DNA of 32,000 bases, from the NCBI RefSeq assembly GCF_000009705.1, contig NC_003272.1, positions 4,200,001 through 4,232,000 on the forward strand. The letters are read 5' to 3'. Shown here piece after piece: positions 31,499 through 32,000 of the stretch; positions within the stretch are counted from its first letter, which is position 1, and every line of letters begins with the position of its first letter. This DNA is from Nostoc sp. PCC 7120 = FACHB-418. Lineage in GTDB: Bacteria; Cyanobacteriota; Cyanobacteriia; Cyanobacteriales; Nostocaceae. Below the pieces are notes generated by a model. That model did not search any database. It was not told where the DNA came from and saw nothing but the letters and a program-made list of their open reading frames with translations. The position numbers and the translations under genes were made by a program.

Positions 31499-32000
31499 AT
31501 GCTGGCGCTGTTAAAAACAATTCGAGAAGCGATCGCCAATTGGTGGTCAGAGTTCACACTCCAGACTAAACTGTTAGCCGCAGCCACTTTGGTGGTTTCC
31601 TTGGTGATGAGTGGTCTCACCTTTTGGGCGGTAAACACAATTCAGCAAGATGCCCAAGTGAATGACACCCGTTTTGGGCGGGATTTGGGTCTACTTCTGG
31701 CTGCTAACGTTGCACCCCTGGTTGCTGACCATAATCTGACTGAAGTTGCCCAATTTTCCCAACGCTTCTACAGCAGCACTTCTAGTGTGCGCTATATGCT
31801 CTACGCTGATGAAACTGGGAAAATCTTTTTTGGCATTCCCTTTTGGGAACCAGAGGTAGAAAACTCCCTCTCCATTGAGCGCCGGATACAACTACCAGAA
31901 GAGTACCCTGGTGACGGCGAAAAGCCAATGGTACGGCAACACATGAGTCCAGATGGAATTGTGACTGATGTGTTCATTCCCCTAATTGTCGATAAAAAAT
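31499..32000 (+). CDS. nblS: sensor histidine kinase, N-terminal part (NblS/Hik33/DspA-like), truncated by the window end
   Basis: The open frame from ATG 31499 to the window edge is not in the track because it has no stop. It reads MLALLKTIREAIANWWSEFTLQTKLLAAATLVVSLVMSGLTFWAVNTIQQDAQVNDTRFGRDLGLLLAANVAPL...FYSSTSSVRYMLYADETGKIFFGIPF. From memory, this matches the conserved N-terminus of NblS/Hik33. Confidence 0.6.
   Translation, partial: MLALLKTIREAIANWWSEFTLQTKLLAAATLVVSLVMSGLTFWAVNTIQQDAQVNDTRFGRDLGLLLAANVAPLVADHNLTEVAQFSQRFYSSTSSVRYMLYADETGKIFFGIPFWEPEVENSLSIERRIQLPEEYPGDGEKPMVRQHMSPDGIVTDVFIPLIVDKK

Overview
The window looks like a chromosomal segment of a filamentous, Nostocales-like cyanobacterium. 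HIP1 octamers (GCGATCGC) are frequent, STRR-type heptamer tandem repeats occur, and the right-hand genes are cyanobacterial housekeeping genes. Everything below comes from reading the sequence and the ORF track; no searches were run.

Layout:
- 1-4.6 kb, accessory genes: a 21-bp tandem array, a RAMP-like ORF next to an HNH nuclease, a LysM protein, an alpha/beta hydrolase, and a small CBM5/12 protein with a cationic amphipathic N-terminus.
- 4.7-12.6 kb, the standout locus, all on one strand: unknown 426-aa protein, MoxR-type AAA+ ATPase, vWA-like protein, helical module, then a complete diversity-generating retroelement (DGR). The DGR has two FGE-sulfatase/C-type-lectin-fold target genes with C-terminal variable regions (VR1, VR2), an Avd four-helix-bundle gene, a DGR-type reverse transcriptase, and a 128-bp adenine-rich template repeat (TR). 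By hand alignment, VR1 differs from TR at 19 positions and VR2 at 21. All but one of these lie at TR adenines.
- 13.3-20.05 kb, a roughly 7-kb integrative element next to tRNA-Gly(UCC): tyrosine integrase, AlpA/excisionase-like HTH, and a 1025-aa primase-helicase. The 3' coding end of the primase gene carries an inverted iteron array (TTGTAGAC), a likely origin.
- 20.6-32 kb, ordinary chromosome: GGDEF cyclase, a 1299-aa polytopic membrane protein, a UbiA-family phosphoribosyltransferase / HAD phosphatase / SMR-like / epimerase cluster, purD, and the 5' end of an NblS/Hik33-like sensor kinase.
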